Source: an uncultured Clostridia bacterium (GTDB lineage Bacteria; Bacillota; Clostridia; TANB77; CAG-508). Taken from it: 64,000 nucleotides of DNA. Shown in pieces: positions 30,973 through 40,917 of this stretch (positions are counted from its first letter, which is position 1; each line of letters begins with the position of its first letter). Where the stretch lies: assembly GCA_934121925.1 (NCBI GenBank), contig CAKOVK010000002.1, positions 16,038 through 80,037 on the forward strand, written 5' to 3'. Both the position numbers and the translations under genes were made by a program. The notes below the pieces were generated by a model. That model was not told where the DNA came from. It did no database searches and saw only the letters and a program-made list of their open reading frames with translations.

Positions 30973-31723
30973 TTATTGTTACTTTTTTTATTGAATGATT
31001 AAAAAATATTTTTGCTATTCCATAAGTTATAAATACCCATAAAATTTGTTTTACAATTATAATCCAAATTTGATTTAGTTCTATGTTTCCCATTAATACA
31101 TTTACAGGAGTATATATTAGTTCTTTAAATGGTAAAATATTTGCTATTTTTTGAAACCATTCAGGAAAAAGAGTAAGTGGTGCTATAATCCCAGAAAAAA
31201 TTGATATTATAGCTCTTTTTAATATTTGCATTCCCCAAATAGAACTACTATAAAATCCTACAGTTCCCACTATCATTTGCATAAAAAAACTTATTATAAT
31301 TCCAACTAATATTATAATTACTGCTAATATAAAATTTAGTAAATTAAATTGCAGTGTTATTCCCCATAATATTGAACAAACAATAAAAGATGCAAGACCA
31401 ACTACAAAAGCAAATGCCATTTCTCCTAAATTTACTCCAAAGCAATATTGAAAATATGTCATTGGATTTAATAGCTCTTTACTAATATTTCCATTTCTTA
31501 TAGAATGTGCAATATCTTCATTTATTCCCCAAAGTGCAAATGGTTTTATTGTTGTTACCAAAATATAATATGTAATTATTTGCTCAACAGTAAATCCCCC
31601 TGCATTCCCTGTTTGAGCAAATATAGCCTTCCATACAAAAATATATACTATTACTTCTACAATTCTATTTAATGTAAATAACCAAAAATTTGATTTATAT
31701 ATATTGTATTCTTTAAACTTCAT
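30962..31723 (-). CDS. ABC-2 type transporter permease
   Basis: 253 aa polytopic membrane protein that overlaps the downstream permease by 11 nt. Confidence 0.7.
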   Translation of the reverse strand: MKFKEYNIYKSNFWLFTLNRIVEVIVYIFVWKAIFAQTGNAGGFTVEQIITYYILVTTIKPFALWGINEDIAHSIRNGNISKELLNPMTYFQYCFGVNLGEMAFAFVVGLASFIVCSILWGITLQFNLLNFILAVIIILVGIIISFFMQMIVGTVGFYSSSIWGMQILKRAIISIFSGIIAPLTLFPEWFQKIANILPFKELIYTPVNVLMGNIELNQIWIIIVKQILWVFITYGIAKIFFNHSIKKVTINGG

Positions 31724-31747
31724 TTTTCCGAATAGCTAGCATGCTTT

Positions 31748-32747
31748 TTAACATTTGTGAGCTCCTTTGTATATTTCTTTTAATATATCTTCTAATTCTG
31801 CTTCTTTCATATGTATGTCTTCTATTGTACAATATTTAGTTATTTCTTCCATAACTTTCATTATTGTTGTCTTGTCATGTTTAAATTTTACACTTATTTT
31901 ATTACCTAATTCTTCTGTTACTTCAAAATTTTCTAAATTTGCATTACTTTTTATATTGTTAATTTTATTCCTTACAATAAATTCTGCTTTTGTATATTTT
32001 CCATAAGTATCTTTAAAATTTTGTTTTGTTCCATCATACATTATTTCTCCATTGTCTAAAAGAATAATCCTGTCACAAACATCTTCTATATCATTTAAGT
32101 CATGTGTTGTAAGTATTACTGTTACATTGTTTTCTTTGTTTATATCTTTTATAAATTTTCTTATTCTTTCCTTTACAAAAACGTCTAACCCTATTGTAGG
32201 TTCATCTAAATATACAATTTTAGGATTATGCAAAAATGTTGCTGCAATCTCACATCTCATCTTTTGGCCCAAGCTTAAATTTTTTACTTGTTTTTCTAGT
32301 AAATCTTGCAATTCTAATATTTCTGTAAATTTCTTTAAATTCTTTCTGTATTCATTTTCTGGTATTTTATACATTTTTTTAATTAATCTAAATGATTCTA
32401 TAACAGGTAGGTCCCACCAAAGTTGTGTTTTTTGCCCAAATACAGCTCCTATATTTTTGTTATTTTCTATTCTTTTTTTATTAGGTATTAAACCATTTAC
32501 TATTATGCTTCCAGATGTAGGGGTTAAAAGTCCGTGTAAGCATTTTTATTGTTGTTGATTTTCCTGCCCCATTTTCCCCTATATATCCTACTAGCTCTCC
32601 TTCTTCAATGTTAAAATTTATACCTTTCACAGCTTTAAATTCTTTATATTTTGGATTTATTAAATTTTTAAAATATCCCATTAGTCCTTTTTCTTTTTGA
32701 ATAACCTTATATGTTTTTACTAAATCTTTTACTTCTATAATTGGCAT
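31748..32747 (-). CDS. ABC transporter ATP-binding protein; continuous only with one +1 shift at CGG-A (32534)
   Basis: Walker A GENGAGKSTTIKMLT|GLLTPTSGSIIVNG..., then signature LSLGQKMR and Walker B VYLDEPTIGLD in the second track ORF. The start overlaps the cca stop (TAATG). Confidence 0.88.
32531..32534 (-). other. Candidate +1 recoding site CGG-A
   Basis: ABC ATPase: ATG CTT ACA [C]GGA CTT TTA ACC gives IKMLT-G-LLTPTSG. Confidence 0.65.
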
Positions 32748-33991
32748 TATTTTTTCTCCTTAATCCATTTTACTCTTTCTTGATGTAGTTTTTCTCCAAA
32801 TTCTTGTCCTTGTATGTTTTTATATTTTTTCTTTATATATTCTCCATTTATTTTTGTTAGTAGCTCTTGCCCTATTTGCTCAAATGTACATTTTTTTCTT
32901 TTTTCCTCACTTAAAGTTCCTGTTCTATTTTTATCACAATATACTACTATTTGCAATCCATGTAATCCTAACACAGATTTTTCTACTCTCTCTATAAAGG
33001 AAACTTGCTTTTCTGGAGTCATTTGACTAAATATTCCACCTCTCATGTGTTCTTTACATGATGTAATCCCTGCTTTTTTCCATGATGTTGGAACTCCTAT
33101 TCTATTAGACAATTTTCTTTCTGGTTCAACGCCTCTTTCGTCATGTCCGTAATGGTGTGGTAATATTTCTTTTGGTGTTAAGCCTTTTCCTAAATCGTGG
33201 ACTAAACTTGCATATCGTATTTCTAAATTATCTGTTAATTTTGCACTATTATCAACTACTATCATTGTATGATTATAGCTATCTCCTTCTGGATGATATT
33301 CTATTGGCTGGATACTTCCTATTAAATCATATATTTCCTTAAAATGTACATCTAAAACTCCTGCTTCTTTTAAAACATTAAAAAATATTGATGGTTTTTC
33401 AGTTGCTAATGCTTTTCTAAATTCGCAAAATACTCTTTCTTTTGATAATGAGTTTAATTCTCCTTTTAATTCATTCATCATCTTTATAGTTTCCTGCTCC
33501 ACTTTAAAATTCAGCTCGCTTGCAAATCTAGCTACTCTATATACTCTTAATGGATCTTCTTTAAAACTAGTGCTTGTTGCTCTTATTATCTTATTTTTTA
33601 AATCTCCTTGTCCATTGAATGGGTCTATTATTTCTTTAGTTAAAACTTCTTGTGCAATTGAATTAATTGTTATATCTCTCCTTAACAAATCTTCTTCAAT
33701 TGTTATATTTTTATTTGTTGTAATCTCAAATTCTTTATGACCTTTTCCTATTTTTTTCTCTGTTCTAGCAAGTGCGAATTCATGTCCATTCAAATCAAAA
33801 ACCTCAAAGGCTTTTCCTATTATATGTGCATTTGGAAATAGCTCTAAGAAATCTTGTTTTTCTAAACCAACTACACAATAATCTTCATCAAAAATAGGCC
33901 TATTTAATAGTTTGTCCCTAAGTGCCCCTCCTACTAAATAAAGCCTACCTCCATGATTTTCAATTGATTTTGCAATTTCTAGAACTTCCAT
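32747..33991 (-). CDS. cca: CCA-adding tRNA nucleotidyltransferase with HD domain
   Basis: GGRLYLVGGALRDKLL nucleotidyltransferase motif, RRDITINS, and HD motif (LVHDLGK). Confidence 0.82.
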   Translation of the reverse strand: MEVLEIAKSIENHGGRLYLVGGALRDKLLNRPIFDEDYCVVGLEKQDFLELFPNAHIIGKAFEVFDLNGHEFALARTEKKIGKGHKEFEITTNKNITIEEDLLRRDITINSIAQEVLTKEIIDPFNGQGDLKNKIIRATSTSFKEDPLRVYRVARFASELNFKVEQETIKMMNELKGELNSLSKERVFCEFRKALATEKPSIFFNVLKEAGVLDVHFKEIYDLIGSIQPIEYHPEGDSYNHTMIVVDNSAKLTDNLEIRYASLVHDLGKGLTPKEILPHHYGHDERGVEPERKLSNRIGVPTSWKKAGITSCKEHMRGGIFSQMTPEKQVSFIERVEKSVLGLHGLQIVVYCDKNRTGTLSEEKRKKCTFEQIGQELLTKINGEYIKKKYKNIQGQEFGEKLHQERVKWIKEKK

Positions 33992-34356
33992 GTTTTTTCC
34001 TTTTATTCTTAATATTCTACTTTTTTAATTTATTTATGCAATCATATTATCATAAGTTCTATTAATTTGCAATTTTCCATTTTATTCCTGTAAATTGTTT
34101 ACATTTATTGTATTTATATGCTATACTGTTCTTACCTTTCACCTAAAGGTAGAAAGGAGATATTTACACAAATGAAAAACTTTCTTAAAATTTTGGCCTT
34201 ATTATTAATATTTCTAATATTGAAAGAGTTCAATACATAAGGCAAAAGACACTAGTTACAGCTAGTGTCTTTTTTTTGTTTACACAAACGAATTTTCTTA
34301 AAATTTTCTTTTCATATATATTATATTCACTTTTACAATATTTGTCAATACTTGTT

Positions 34357-35796
34357 TTATAAATTCCTTGCCATTTGGATTCCTGAACATGATGCCATCA
34401 TTAAGCCTCTTGTCATTCCTCCTCCATCTCCTATTGAGTATAATCCTTTTATATTTGTTTCAAATTGTTCATTTATTATTACTTTATTGCTGTAAAATTT
34501 TATTTCTGGTGCATATAAAAGATTATCTGGATTTGCAAATCCTTCTACAACTTTGTCTATTGTTCTTATAAATTCTAGTATACTTACCATTGTTCTATAA
34601 CCTAATGCAAATGTAATATCACCTGCTACTGCTGACTTTAATGTTGGTTCTACTGAATTTCTTTCTAACTCATAATCCCAAGTTCTTTTTCCTCTATGTA
34701 TGTCTCCTAGTCTTTGAACTACTATATTTCCTGCACCTAGGTCATTTAAGTTTTGAGCAACATTACGTCCATATCCAATTGGTTTATCAAAAGGATGTGT
34801 GAAGTGATGTGATACAAGTATTGCTAAGTTTGTATTTGTACTTTTTCTTTCTTTATATGAGTGTCCATTTACTAATGTTAAATTGTTATCATATACTTCT
34901 GCTGATACAAATCCACTTGGATTTTGGCAGAAAGTTCTTACTTTATCTCTAAATGGACCTACTCTTCCAACAAACTTTGCTTCATACATATATTTATTTA
35001 CATCTTTCATAACTTCATCTGGAAGCTCGTATCTAACACCAATATCCACTATTCCCGTATCTGTTTTTATACCATGTTTATTACACATATCTACTAGCCA
35101 ATTTGCGCCTTTTCTTCCAACAGCTAGTACAACTTTATCTGCATATACACTCTCTAATGGATATTCTTCATCTTCTATATATTTTGCTTCTTTAATTTTA
35201 ACACCTTTTATCTCGCCATTTTCTACAATTAAATCTCCAACAGTTGTTCCAAAAAGCATCTCTACGCCATTATCTTCTATATATTTTTCTAATCTTCCAT
35301 ATACTTCGTGGCTCTTCTCTGTTCCTAAATGTCTTATTGGAATATTTATTAATCTTACGCCATCTTTTTCTGCTCTTTCAGATATTTTCGCTATTTCTTC
35401 TTGGTATTCTGTTCCTTCTAGTTTTTTATCTGCTCCAAAGTCTAAGTAAATTTTATCTGTATAGTCTATTAACTCTTTTGTTTTTGGAACCCCAATATAT
35501 TTATGCAAATTTCCTCCGACATGAAGATCATCATCTTTACTATCATATAACGATAATTTACCATCAGAAAAAGCTCCTGCTCCTGAAAATCCATTTGTTA
35601 TATTACACATTGGTTTACAGTGTATACATTTTTTTGTTTTTTCTATTGGGCAATATCTTTCTTCTACTCTTTTTCCTTGGTCTATTAATAGTACATGTTT
35701 ATATTTTTTTAGTTGTATTAGTTCATAGGCACAAAAAATTGAGCTAGGTCCCATTCCTACTACTATTACATCATATTTACTTTGCATATAAATCAC
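34357..35796 (-). CDS. FAD-dependent oxidoreductase (uncharacterised NAD(FAD)-dependent dehydrogenase family)
   Basis: YDVIVVGMGPSS dinucleotide-binding motif and C-terminal GDGGGMTRG. Confidence 0.7.
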   Translation of the reverse strand: MIYMQSKYDVIVVGMGPSSIFCAYELIQLKKYKHVLLIDQGKRVEERYCPIEKTKKCIHCKPMCNITNGFSGAGAFSDGKLSLYDSKDDDLHVGGNLHKYIGVPKTKELIDYTDKIYLDFGADKKLEGTEYQEEIAKISERAEKDGVRLINIPIRHLGTEKSHEVYGRLEKYIEDNGVEMLFGTTVGDLIVENGEIKGVKIKEAKYIEDEEYPLESVYADKVVLAVGRKGANWLVDMCNKHGIKTDTGIVDIGVRYELPDEVMKDVNKYMYEAKFVGRVGPFRDKVRTFCQNPSGFVSAEVYDNNLTLVNGHSYKERKSTNTNLAILVSHHFTHPFDKPIGYGRNVAQNLNDLGAGNIVVQRLGDIHRGKRTWDYELERNSVEPTLKSAVAGDITFALGYRTMVSILEFIRTIDKVVEGFANPDNLLYAPEIKFYSNKVIINEQFETNIKGLYSIGDGGGMTRGLMMASCSGIQMARNL

Positions 35797-35875
35797 TCCA
35801 TTTATTTATTTTACTATATTATAATAGCATAAATTTATTATATTTTCAATTGGTTATTTGGACAAATTGGAATTT

Positions 35876-35991
35876 CACGAAGTACGAAGTGTGAGGTAAG
35901 AAGTGTGAAGAATAGAGAAAAGCCTGCGAAGTCCTGACCCTATAAATCACACCTCCCACATCACACCTCCCACATCACACCTCTCACCTCA
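35876..35991. repeat. GT-rich/CA-rich inverted repeat with a 14-nt tandem repeat (ATCACACCTCCCAC x3)
   Basis: CACGAAGTACGAAGTGTGAGGTAAGAAGTGTGAAG faces ATCACACCTCCCACATCACACCTCCCACATCACACCTCTCACCTC. Confidence 0.7.
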
Positions 35992-36080
35992 ACTAAACAA
36001 ATTACCATCTACTAAAGTTTGCTGTCTATATTAAAATTCACTAAAAAAGAAAAGCTAAATCAGCTTTTCTTTTTTACTCT

Positions 36081-36659
36081 TTATATTTTTTCTTCGGGAT
36101 TTTCTTCTACAATTTTTTCATCTTCTAGGCAATACTTGTCAATAATTTTTCCTTCTAATCCTACTGATATTCCTGAAGCAAGTAGAATTGAAACCCATAC
36201 TTTAACAAAACCACCTCTGGCTTCACTTTTCACTTCATCTATTACATCTTCTAGTTCATCTTCACTTAAATATATTGCTGCCATTTTGTATTCACTGCTT
36301 TGCCTTATTTCTTTAATGTTTCTATTTAATGATATTAGAAAATAAAATATTGAAATTACCGCTATTGCTATTATAATTAAATTTATGTTAAATCTAAGAT
36401 TATCTTTAAATGATTTTGTTATACTATATTTTTTTATTACATATCTAGTTAGTAAAAAGCTTGAGATAAGAATTGTAAAAAATATTATTACAATTCTCAT
36501 TGTAGTTAATTCATTTAAAGAATAGTCCTTTACATCGCTTATTATGTCTGTTATATATAGAGCAATTATCATTACTAATATATATAATCCTCCAAAATTT
36601 TTTGCAGCGCTTGTAACATCATTTTTTTCAACCATTTTTTTCATTCGTTCATCCCCCAT
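36081..36659 (-). CDS. Hypothetical membrane protein
   Basis: 192 aa ORF with several TM helices. No family recognised. Confidence 0.5.
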   Translation of the reverse strand: MGDERMKKMVEKNDVTSAAKNFGGLYILVMIIALYITDIISDVKDYSLNELTTMRIVIIFFTILISSFLLTRYVIKKYSITKSFKDNLRFNINLIIIAIAVISIFYFLISLNRNIKEIRQSSEYKMAAIYLSEDELEDVIDEVKSEARGGFVKVWVSILLASGISVGLEGKIIDKYCLEDEKIVEENPEEKI

Positions 36660-36673
36660 TTAATATATTAATT

Positions 36674-37627
36674 TTATTCTTTATTTGTTATTTCTTCTAA
36701 ATGTAATAGTTCTTCCCAACGTCTGTCTACTTCTTTTTGGAATTCTTCTATCATCCATTCATTTCCTGGTTTAAACATGTGTTTAAATCTTTTTTGCGGT
36801 CTTAAGAATTCTTCTATTGGAAGTTTGTTTTTTGGTTTATAGTTTACTATATATCTTCCATCTATTACCTCATATAGTGGCCAGTAACATGTTTCTACTG
36901 CTAACTTATTTATTTGCATTAAGTCTTCTGTGTTGTAGCCCCATCCTCTTGGACATGGTGTAAGTACATTTAGGAATGCTGGTCCTTTTGTATATATTGC
37001 CTTTTCTGATTTCTCGTATAAATCTTTAAAGTTATTATATGCGATTGTTTGAGCAACATAAGGAATGTGGTGATTTGCCATTATGTTTGTTAAATCTTTT
37101 CTATTTTGCATTTTGCCAGGAATTACTTTTCCTGCTGGTGATGTTGTTGTATCTGCAAATCTAGGTGTAGCAGATGAACGTTGAATTCCTGTATTCATAT
37201 ATGCACCATTGTCATAGCATACATATACCATATCATGTCCTCTTTCCATTGCTCCTGATAGGCTTTGTAGTCCTATATCGTAAGTCCCACCATCTCCTCC
37301 AAATGCTATAAATTTAGTTGTTTGGTCTTCTGGTATTTTTCCACTTCTTTTTAATGCTTTGTAAGCAGCTTCTGCTCCACTTGCATTTGCAGCTGCACAT
37401 TCAAAAGCTGTATGTACAAAAGAATCTGTCCATGCTGTATATGGATATATAAATGTTGAAACTTCCATACATCCTGTAGCACAAGATATTACTGCATGGT
37501 CTTCTGGTTTTAATGCTCTTAAAACCATTCTTCCTACAACAGGAGCTCCACATCCTGCACACATTCTATGACCCGCTGTAAACCTTGATGGTTTTTCTGC
37601 AATTACTTCTTTTAAATTATATGCCAT
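36674..37627 (-). CDS. porB: 2-oxoacid:ferredoxin oxidoreductase, beta (TPP-binding) subunit
   Basis: CAGCG...GDGG.YDIG TPP motif (FGGDGGTYDIG). Fourth gene of a gamma-delta-alpha-beta operon. Substrate (pyruvate, 2-ketoisovalerate or other) is not determinable here. Confidence 0.85.
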   Translation of the reverse strand: MAYNLKEVIAEKPSRFTAGHRMCAGCGAPVVGRMVLRALKPEDHAVISCATGCMEVSTFIYPYTAWTDSFVHTAFECAAANASGAEAAYKALKRSGKIPEDQTTKFIAFGGDGGTYDIGLQSLSGAMERGHDMVYVCYDNGAYMNTGIQRSSATPRFADTTTSPAGKVIPGKMQNRKDLTNIMANHHIPYVAQTIAYNNFKDLYEKSEKAIYTKGPAFLNVLTPCPRGWGYNTEDLMQINKLAVETCYWPLYEVIDGRYIVNYKPKNKLPIEEFLRPQKRFKHMFKPGNEWMIEEFQKEVDRRWEELLHLEEITNKE

Positions 37628-37663
37628 TGTTTATTTACCTCCTAAAATTTGTTAATTTGGATA

Positions 37664-37772
37664 AAGTGTAATTTATTTAGTTCCGGGTGAATTCAGGACA
37701 GTCCCCAAAATCCCCAAGTTTGGTGATTTTGATGGACAGTCCCTAGAATTCCCCCTCACAAAAATTACAATT
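37664..37772 (+). repeat. Family A MITE-like element, copy A3, between porA and porB
   Basis: AAGTGTAATTTATTTAGTTCCGGGTGAATTCAGGACAGTCCCCAAAATCCCCAAGTTTGGTGATTTTGATGGACAGTCCCTAGAATTCCCCCTCACAAAAATTACAATT. Confidence 0.85.
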
Positions 37773-37781
37773 TATATTTTT

Positions 37782-38963
37782 CTACTTTCTTAACCCTAAA
37801 TATCTATATGGATTATCTATTTCTCCTGTTTTTGCGATTTCGGCTAAATCTTTATATACGCTTTCTATGTCATCTGCTTTTGTATCTCTTCCACCGATTC
37901 CATATACATAGTTTACCATTGGAACTTGTTTTTTGTTTACATACATTGCAGATGTTACATCTTCAAATAAAGCTCCACCAGCAGCATTTAAGGAATCTGC
38001 TTTATCTAATACAGCAACTGCTTTTACATTTTCTAATGCTTTTGCAATTTCTTCTGCTGGGAATGGTCTGAATACTCTTATCTTTAGAAGTCCTGCTTTT
38101 ATTCCTTTTTCTCTTAAATTATCTACAACATATTTTGTTGTTCCTGCTGTTGAGTTCATACATACTATTGCAATCTCTGCATCATCTAGTTTATATTCTT
38201 CAAAGAAAGAGTATTTTCTACCTGTCATTTTTTCAAAATCTTTTGCTACATCTAATATTACTTTTTTTGCATTTTTCATTGCTTCTGCTTGTTGTGCTTT
38301 GTGTTCAAATAAGTATGCTTGTAAGTCAAGTGGTCCTACTGCTATTGGGTTGTCTTTATTTAGCAAATATTCATCTGGCTTATACTCTCCAACAAAAGCT
38401 TTTACTTTATCATCTTCTATTAATTCTATATTTTCTATTGAATGTGATGTTATAAATCCATCTTGGCATACCATTAAAGGTAGTTTTACATCTTTATTTT
38501 CTGCTATTCTATGTGCCATTATTAAATTATCATAAGCTTCTTGGTTATTCTCTGAAAATAGCATAATCCATCCAGCATCTCTTACTCCCATTGCATCTGA
38601 ATGGTCATTATGAATATTTAATGGTCCTGATACCGCTCTATTTACCAAGCTCATTACTATTGGTAATCTTAAACTTGAAGCAATATATATCATTTCCCAC
38701 ATTAATGACATTCCGTTTGCAGAAGTTGCTGTCATAGCTCTTGCTCCTGCTGCTTCTGCTCCTATTGTTGCAGACATTGCACTATGCTCACTTTCTACTG
38801 CAACAAATTCTGTATTTACTTCTCCATTACTTACAAATGTTGAAAAATATTGTGGTATTTCTGTTGATGGTGTTATTGGGAATGCTGCTACTACATCTGG
38901 GTTTATCTGCTTCATTGCAATAGCTGCTGCTTCATTACCACTTAAACGTTCTCTAATAGACAT
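37782..38963 (-). CDS. porA: 2-oxoacid:ferredoxin oxidoreductase, alpha subunit
   Basis: MSIRERLSGNEAAAIAMKQINPDVVAAFPITPSTEI... Start chosen at ATG 38963 behind AAGGGAGGAAA. The track ORF begins 10 codons earlier. Confidence 0.85.
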   Translation of the reverse strand: MSIRERLSGNEAAAIAMKQINPDVVAAFPITPSTEIPQYFSTFVSNGEVNTEFVAVESEHSAMSATIGAEAAGARAMTATSANGMSLMWEMIYIASSLRLPIVMSLVNRAVSGPLNIHNDHSDAMGVRDAGWIMLFSENNQEAYDNLIMAHRIAENKDVKLPLMVCQDGFITSHSIENIELIEDDKVKAFVGEYKPDEYLLNKDNPIAVGPLDLQAYLFEHKAQQAEAMKNAKKVILDVAKDFEKMTGRKYSFFEEYKLDDAEIAIVCMNSTAGTTKYVVDNLREKGIKAGLLKIRVFRPFPAEEIAKALENVKAVAVLDKADSLNAAGGALFEDVTSAMYVNKKQVPMVNYVYGIGGRDTKADDIESVYKDLAEIAKTGEIDNPYRYLGLRK

Positions 38964-39039
38964 TTCATTTCCTCCCTTTTTTATTTTAAACATTAAACAG
39001 ACACATGTCCTGTTATATTTCTTTAATATATTTTAGTCA

Positions 39040-39066
39040 TTTCTTTGGAGTGCGGGTCGCCGATGG
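39040..39066. repeat. GC-rich hairpin GGGTCGCC-GATGGC-GGCGACCC
   Basis: An 8-bp G/C stem inside the porD-porA spacer, in an otherwise AT-rich context. Coordinates approximate. Confidence 0.6.
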
Positions 39067-39096
39067 CGGCGACCCCTACATATAATTTTGCAATAT

Positions 39097-39217
39097 AAAA
39101 AACAAATCAAAAACGAGTAATGCTAGGCAAACAAATAAAAATTTTTGAAACTATACGCTGTATGTTGAAAAAATTTTTATGCAGTTTAACAACGCAGTAC
39201 GAAGTTTTTCATTTGTT
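39097..39217 (+). repeat. Family E long-hairpin element, copy E1, between porD and porA
   Basis: Core GCTAGGCAAACAAATAAAAATTTTTGAAACTATACGCTGTATGTTGAAAAAATTTTTATGCAGTTT, flanked by the inverted arms AAACAAATCAAAAACGAG / CGAAGTTTTTCATTTGTTT. A homologous copy is at 63357-63480. Confidence 0.75.
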
Positions 39218-39499
39218 TTATTGCATAGCTATTGCACCAAACGGACACACCTTAGCACAAACCCCGCATCCCTTGCAATAATCATAATTAAAATCTGTTC
39301 TTTTTTGGTCTTTTCCTACTGGTATTGCATCATCTGGGCATACTGGAAAGCATAGCCCACATTGTTTACATTTTTCTGATAAAAATATAGGTTTTTGGCT
39401 TCTCCAATCTCCTGTTTTAAATTCTCTTGCGTTTCCTGCTGTATATATATCTCCACCTTGTGTTAATTCTTCCATAGGTGTTTTTGGATTGATATCCAT
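39218..39499 (-). CDS. porD: 2-oxoacid:ferredoxin oxidoreductase, delta subunit (2x[4Fe-4S])
   Basis: Two CxxCxxCxxxCP motifs (CKQCGLCFPVCP, CKGCGVCAKVCP). Confidence 0.85.
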   Translation of the reverse strand: MDINPKTPMEELTQGGDIYTAGNAREFKTGDWRSQKPIFLSEKCKQCGLCFPVCPDDAIPVGKDQKRTDFNYDYCKGCGVCAKVCPFGAIAMQ

Positions 39500-39520
39500 G
39501 TAAAAATCACATCCTTCTTT

Positions 39521-40099
39521 CTATATTTCCTCTACTGAATTTAAAGCCATCTCTAAAGCTTTCATATTTCCTTCTATTACTTCTGGTTTTTTAGCAAATT
39601 TATGTTTAAATGAGCCTTTCATATCATTTAATAACTCTTCATCTGACATAACTTTACTAACTTTTACTATTGCTGCAAGCATTGGTGTATTAGGAAAATA
39701 TTTTCCTAATGCCTCTTCTGATATTTTTCTTGCATCTATTTTATATACTTTTCCTTCATAGCCTTTAAGTAGCTCCTTTATCTCTTCTGCATTTTTTGTA
39801 GTGTTTATTACTATTGCTCCTGTATTTTTTAATCCAGCTGTTACTGGAACTGTTTCCAATAGAGTATCATCTACAACTACTACATAATCTGGTTCATAAA
39901 TATTACTATGTATTGTAATTGGTTTGTCACTTATTCTGTTATACGCTGTGATTGGTGCACCCATTCTCTCTGGTCCATATTCAGGAAATCCTTGAATATA
40001 TTTGCCTGTGTTAAATGCTGCATCTGCTAAAAGAAGTGATGCTGTTTTTGCACCTTGACCTCCACGTCCATGCCATCTTATTTCTATTAAGCCTTCCAT
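39521..40099 (-). CDS. porG: 2-oxoacid:ferredoxin oxidoreductase, gamma subunit
   Basis: IEIRWHGRGGQGAKTASLLLA is the typical gamma-subunit N-terminus. Confidence 0.85.
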   Translation of the reverse strand: MEGLIEIRWHGRGGQGAKTASLLLADAAFNTGKYIQGFPEYGPERMGAPITAYNRISDKPITIHSNIYEPDYVVVVDDTLLETVPVTAGLKNTGAIVINTTKNAEEIKELLKGYEGKVYKIDARKISEEALGKYFPNTPMLAAIVKVSKVMSDEELLNDMKGSFKHKFAKKPEVIEGNMKALEMALNSVEEI

Positions 40100-40202
40100 C
40101 TATTAACCTCCTTTATTAATTTATATGTCTTTAATTTACTGTTATACAAGATAAAGTATATTTCTAAACTGTACAAAAGTCAACCCACATTTTTAGCAAA
40201 AT

Positions 40203-40231
40203 TTGAATTTTTGTTTGATTTGTAGTATAAT
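40203..40231 (+). promoter_or_regulatory. Consensus sigma-70-type promoter TTGAAT-17 nt-TATAAT
   Basis: TTGAAT at 40203-40208, TATAAT at 40226-40231, 17-nt spacer, about 35 nt upstream of the ATG at 40268. Confidence 0.5.
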
Positions 40232-40249
40232 ATAATTATTATATTATAT

Positions 40250-40666
40250 TTGAAAGGAATGTTCAGCATGAACAAAAAAACAGCACGCAAAATCCTCATA
40301 GTGGTTCTTACCGCTATAACGTTTTCTATGATATTCTCAGTCCCTGCACTTTGCAAGGTTATACGGACAGGCATAAAGTTATCATCTATTTCTACTGAAA
40401 TAGCTGGCATAACAGAAAGTGCCAAAAACTCTAAACCTGGCTATGGTTGGTCAGAAGATAGAGTTTCTCAATACAACAAATGTCAAGAAGAACGTGAAGC
40501 TCTTTGCAACTCCAGTGACAAACTTGTAAACATCATTGCGAATTCTAATAATCTTATACGGTTATTGATTTTCGCTGGTCTGGTTTTGGTAATAGTACCG
40601 CAAATTGCTTGTAGCACATTGGTGGTACCTTATTACTACAAGAAATTAAAAAAAGCAATTGAGTAA
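40250..40666 (+). CDS. Hypothetical secreted/membrane protein in a higher-GC islet; contains two in-frame CGG codons
   Basis: 138 aa ORF, with likely true start MNKKTARK at 40268. It has a signal-like N-terminus and a C-terminal TM helix. Codon choice is visibly different from its neighbours. In-frame CGG at 40364-40366 and 40559-40561. Confidence 0.5.
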   Translation: MKGMFSMNKKTARKILIVVLTAITFSMIFSVPALCKVIRTGIKLSSISTEIAGITESAKNSKPGYGWSEDRVSQYNKCQEEREALCNSSDKLVNIIANSNNLIRLLIFAGLVLVIVPQIACSTLVVPYYYKKLKKAIE

Positions 40667-40917
40667 GAAGGAAGGTGGAAACATATTTGATTCCACCTTT
40701 TTTTCTTTATTGAATAATACTTTAATTAAATTCTTACATTAAAATTTTAGTTTTTAATATATATATGCTTGTTCTTCTTAATTCTAATCGTATTTGTATT
40801 TTTTTCATTTTTATGGTATACTTATTATAGAATGCTTTTTATGGCCTTCTTATAAATGGAAGGTCACAGTGTTTCGCTTCCATTTATAAATTAATACTTG
40901 AAAGGGGAAACACTTAA

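Noticed and set aside
34173-34208. A small hydrophobic peptide ORF with a GAAAGGAG RBS (possible type I toxin)
   Set aside because: Careful re-reading gives only MKNFLKILAYY followed by a stop (11 aa), too short to support a call.
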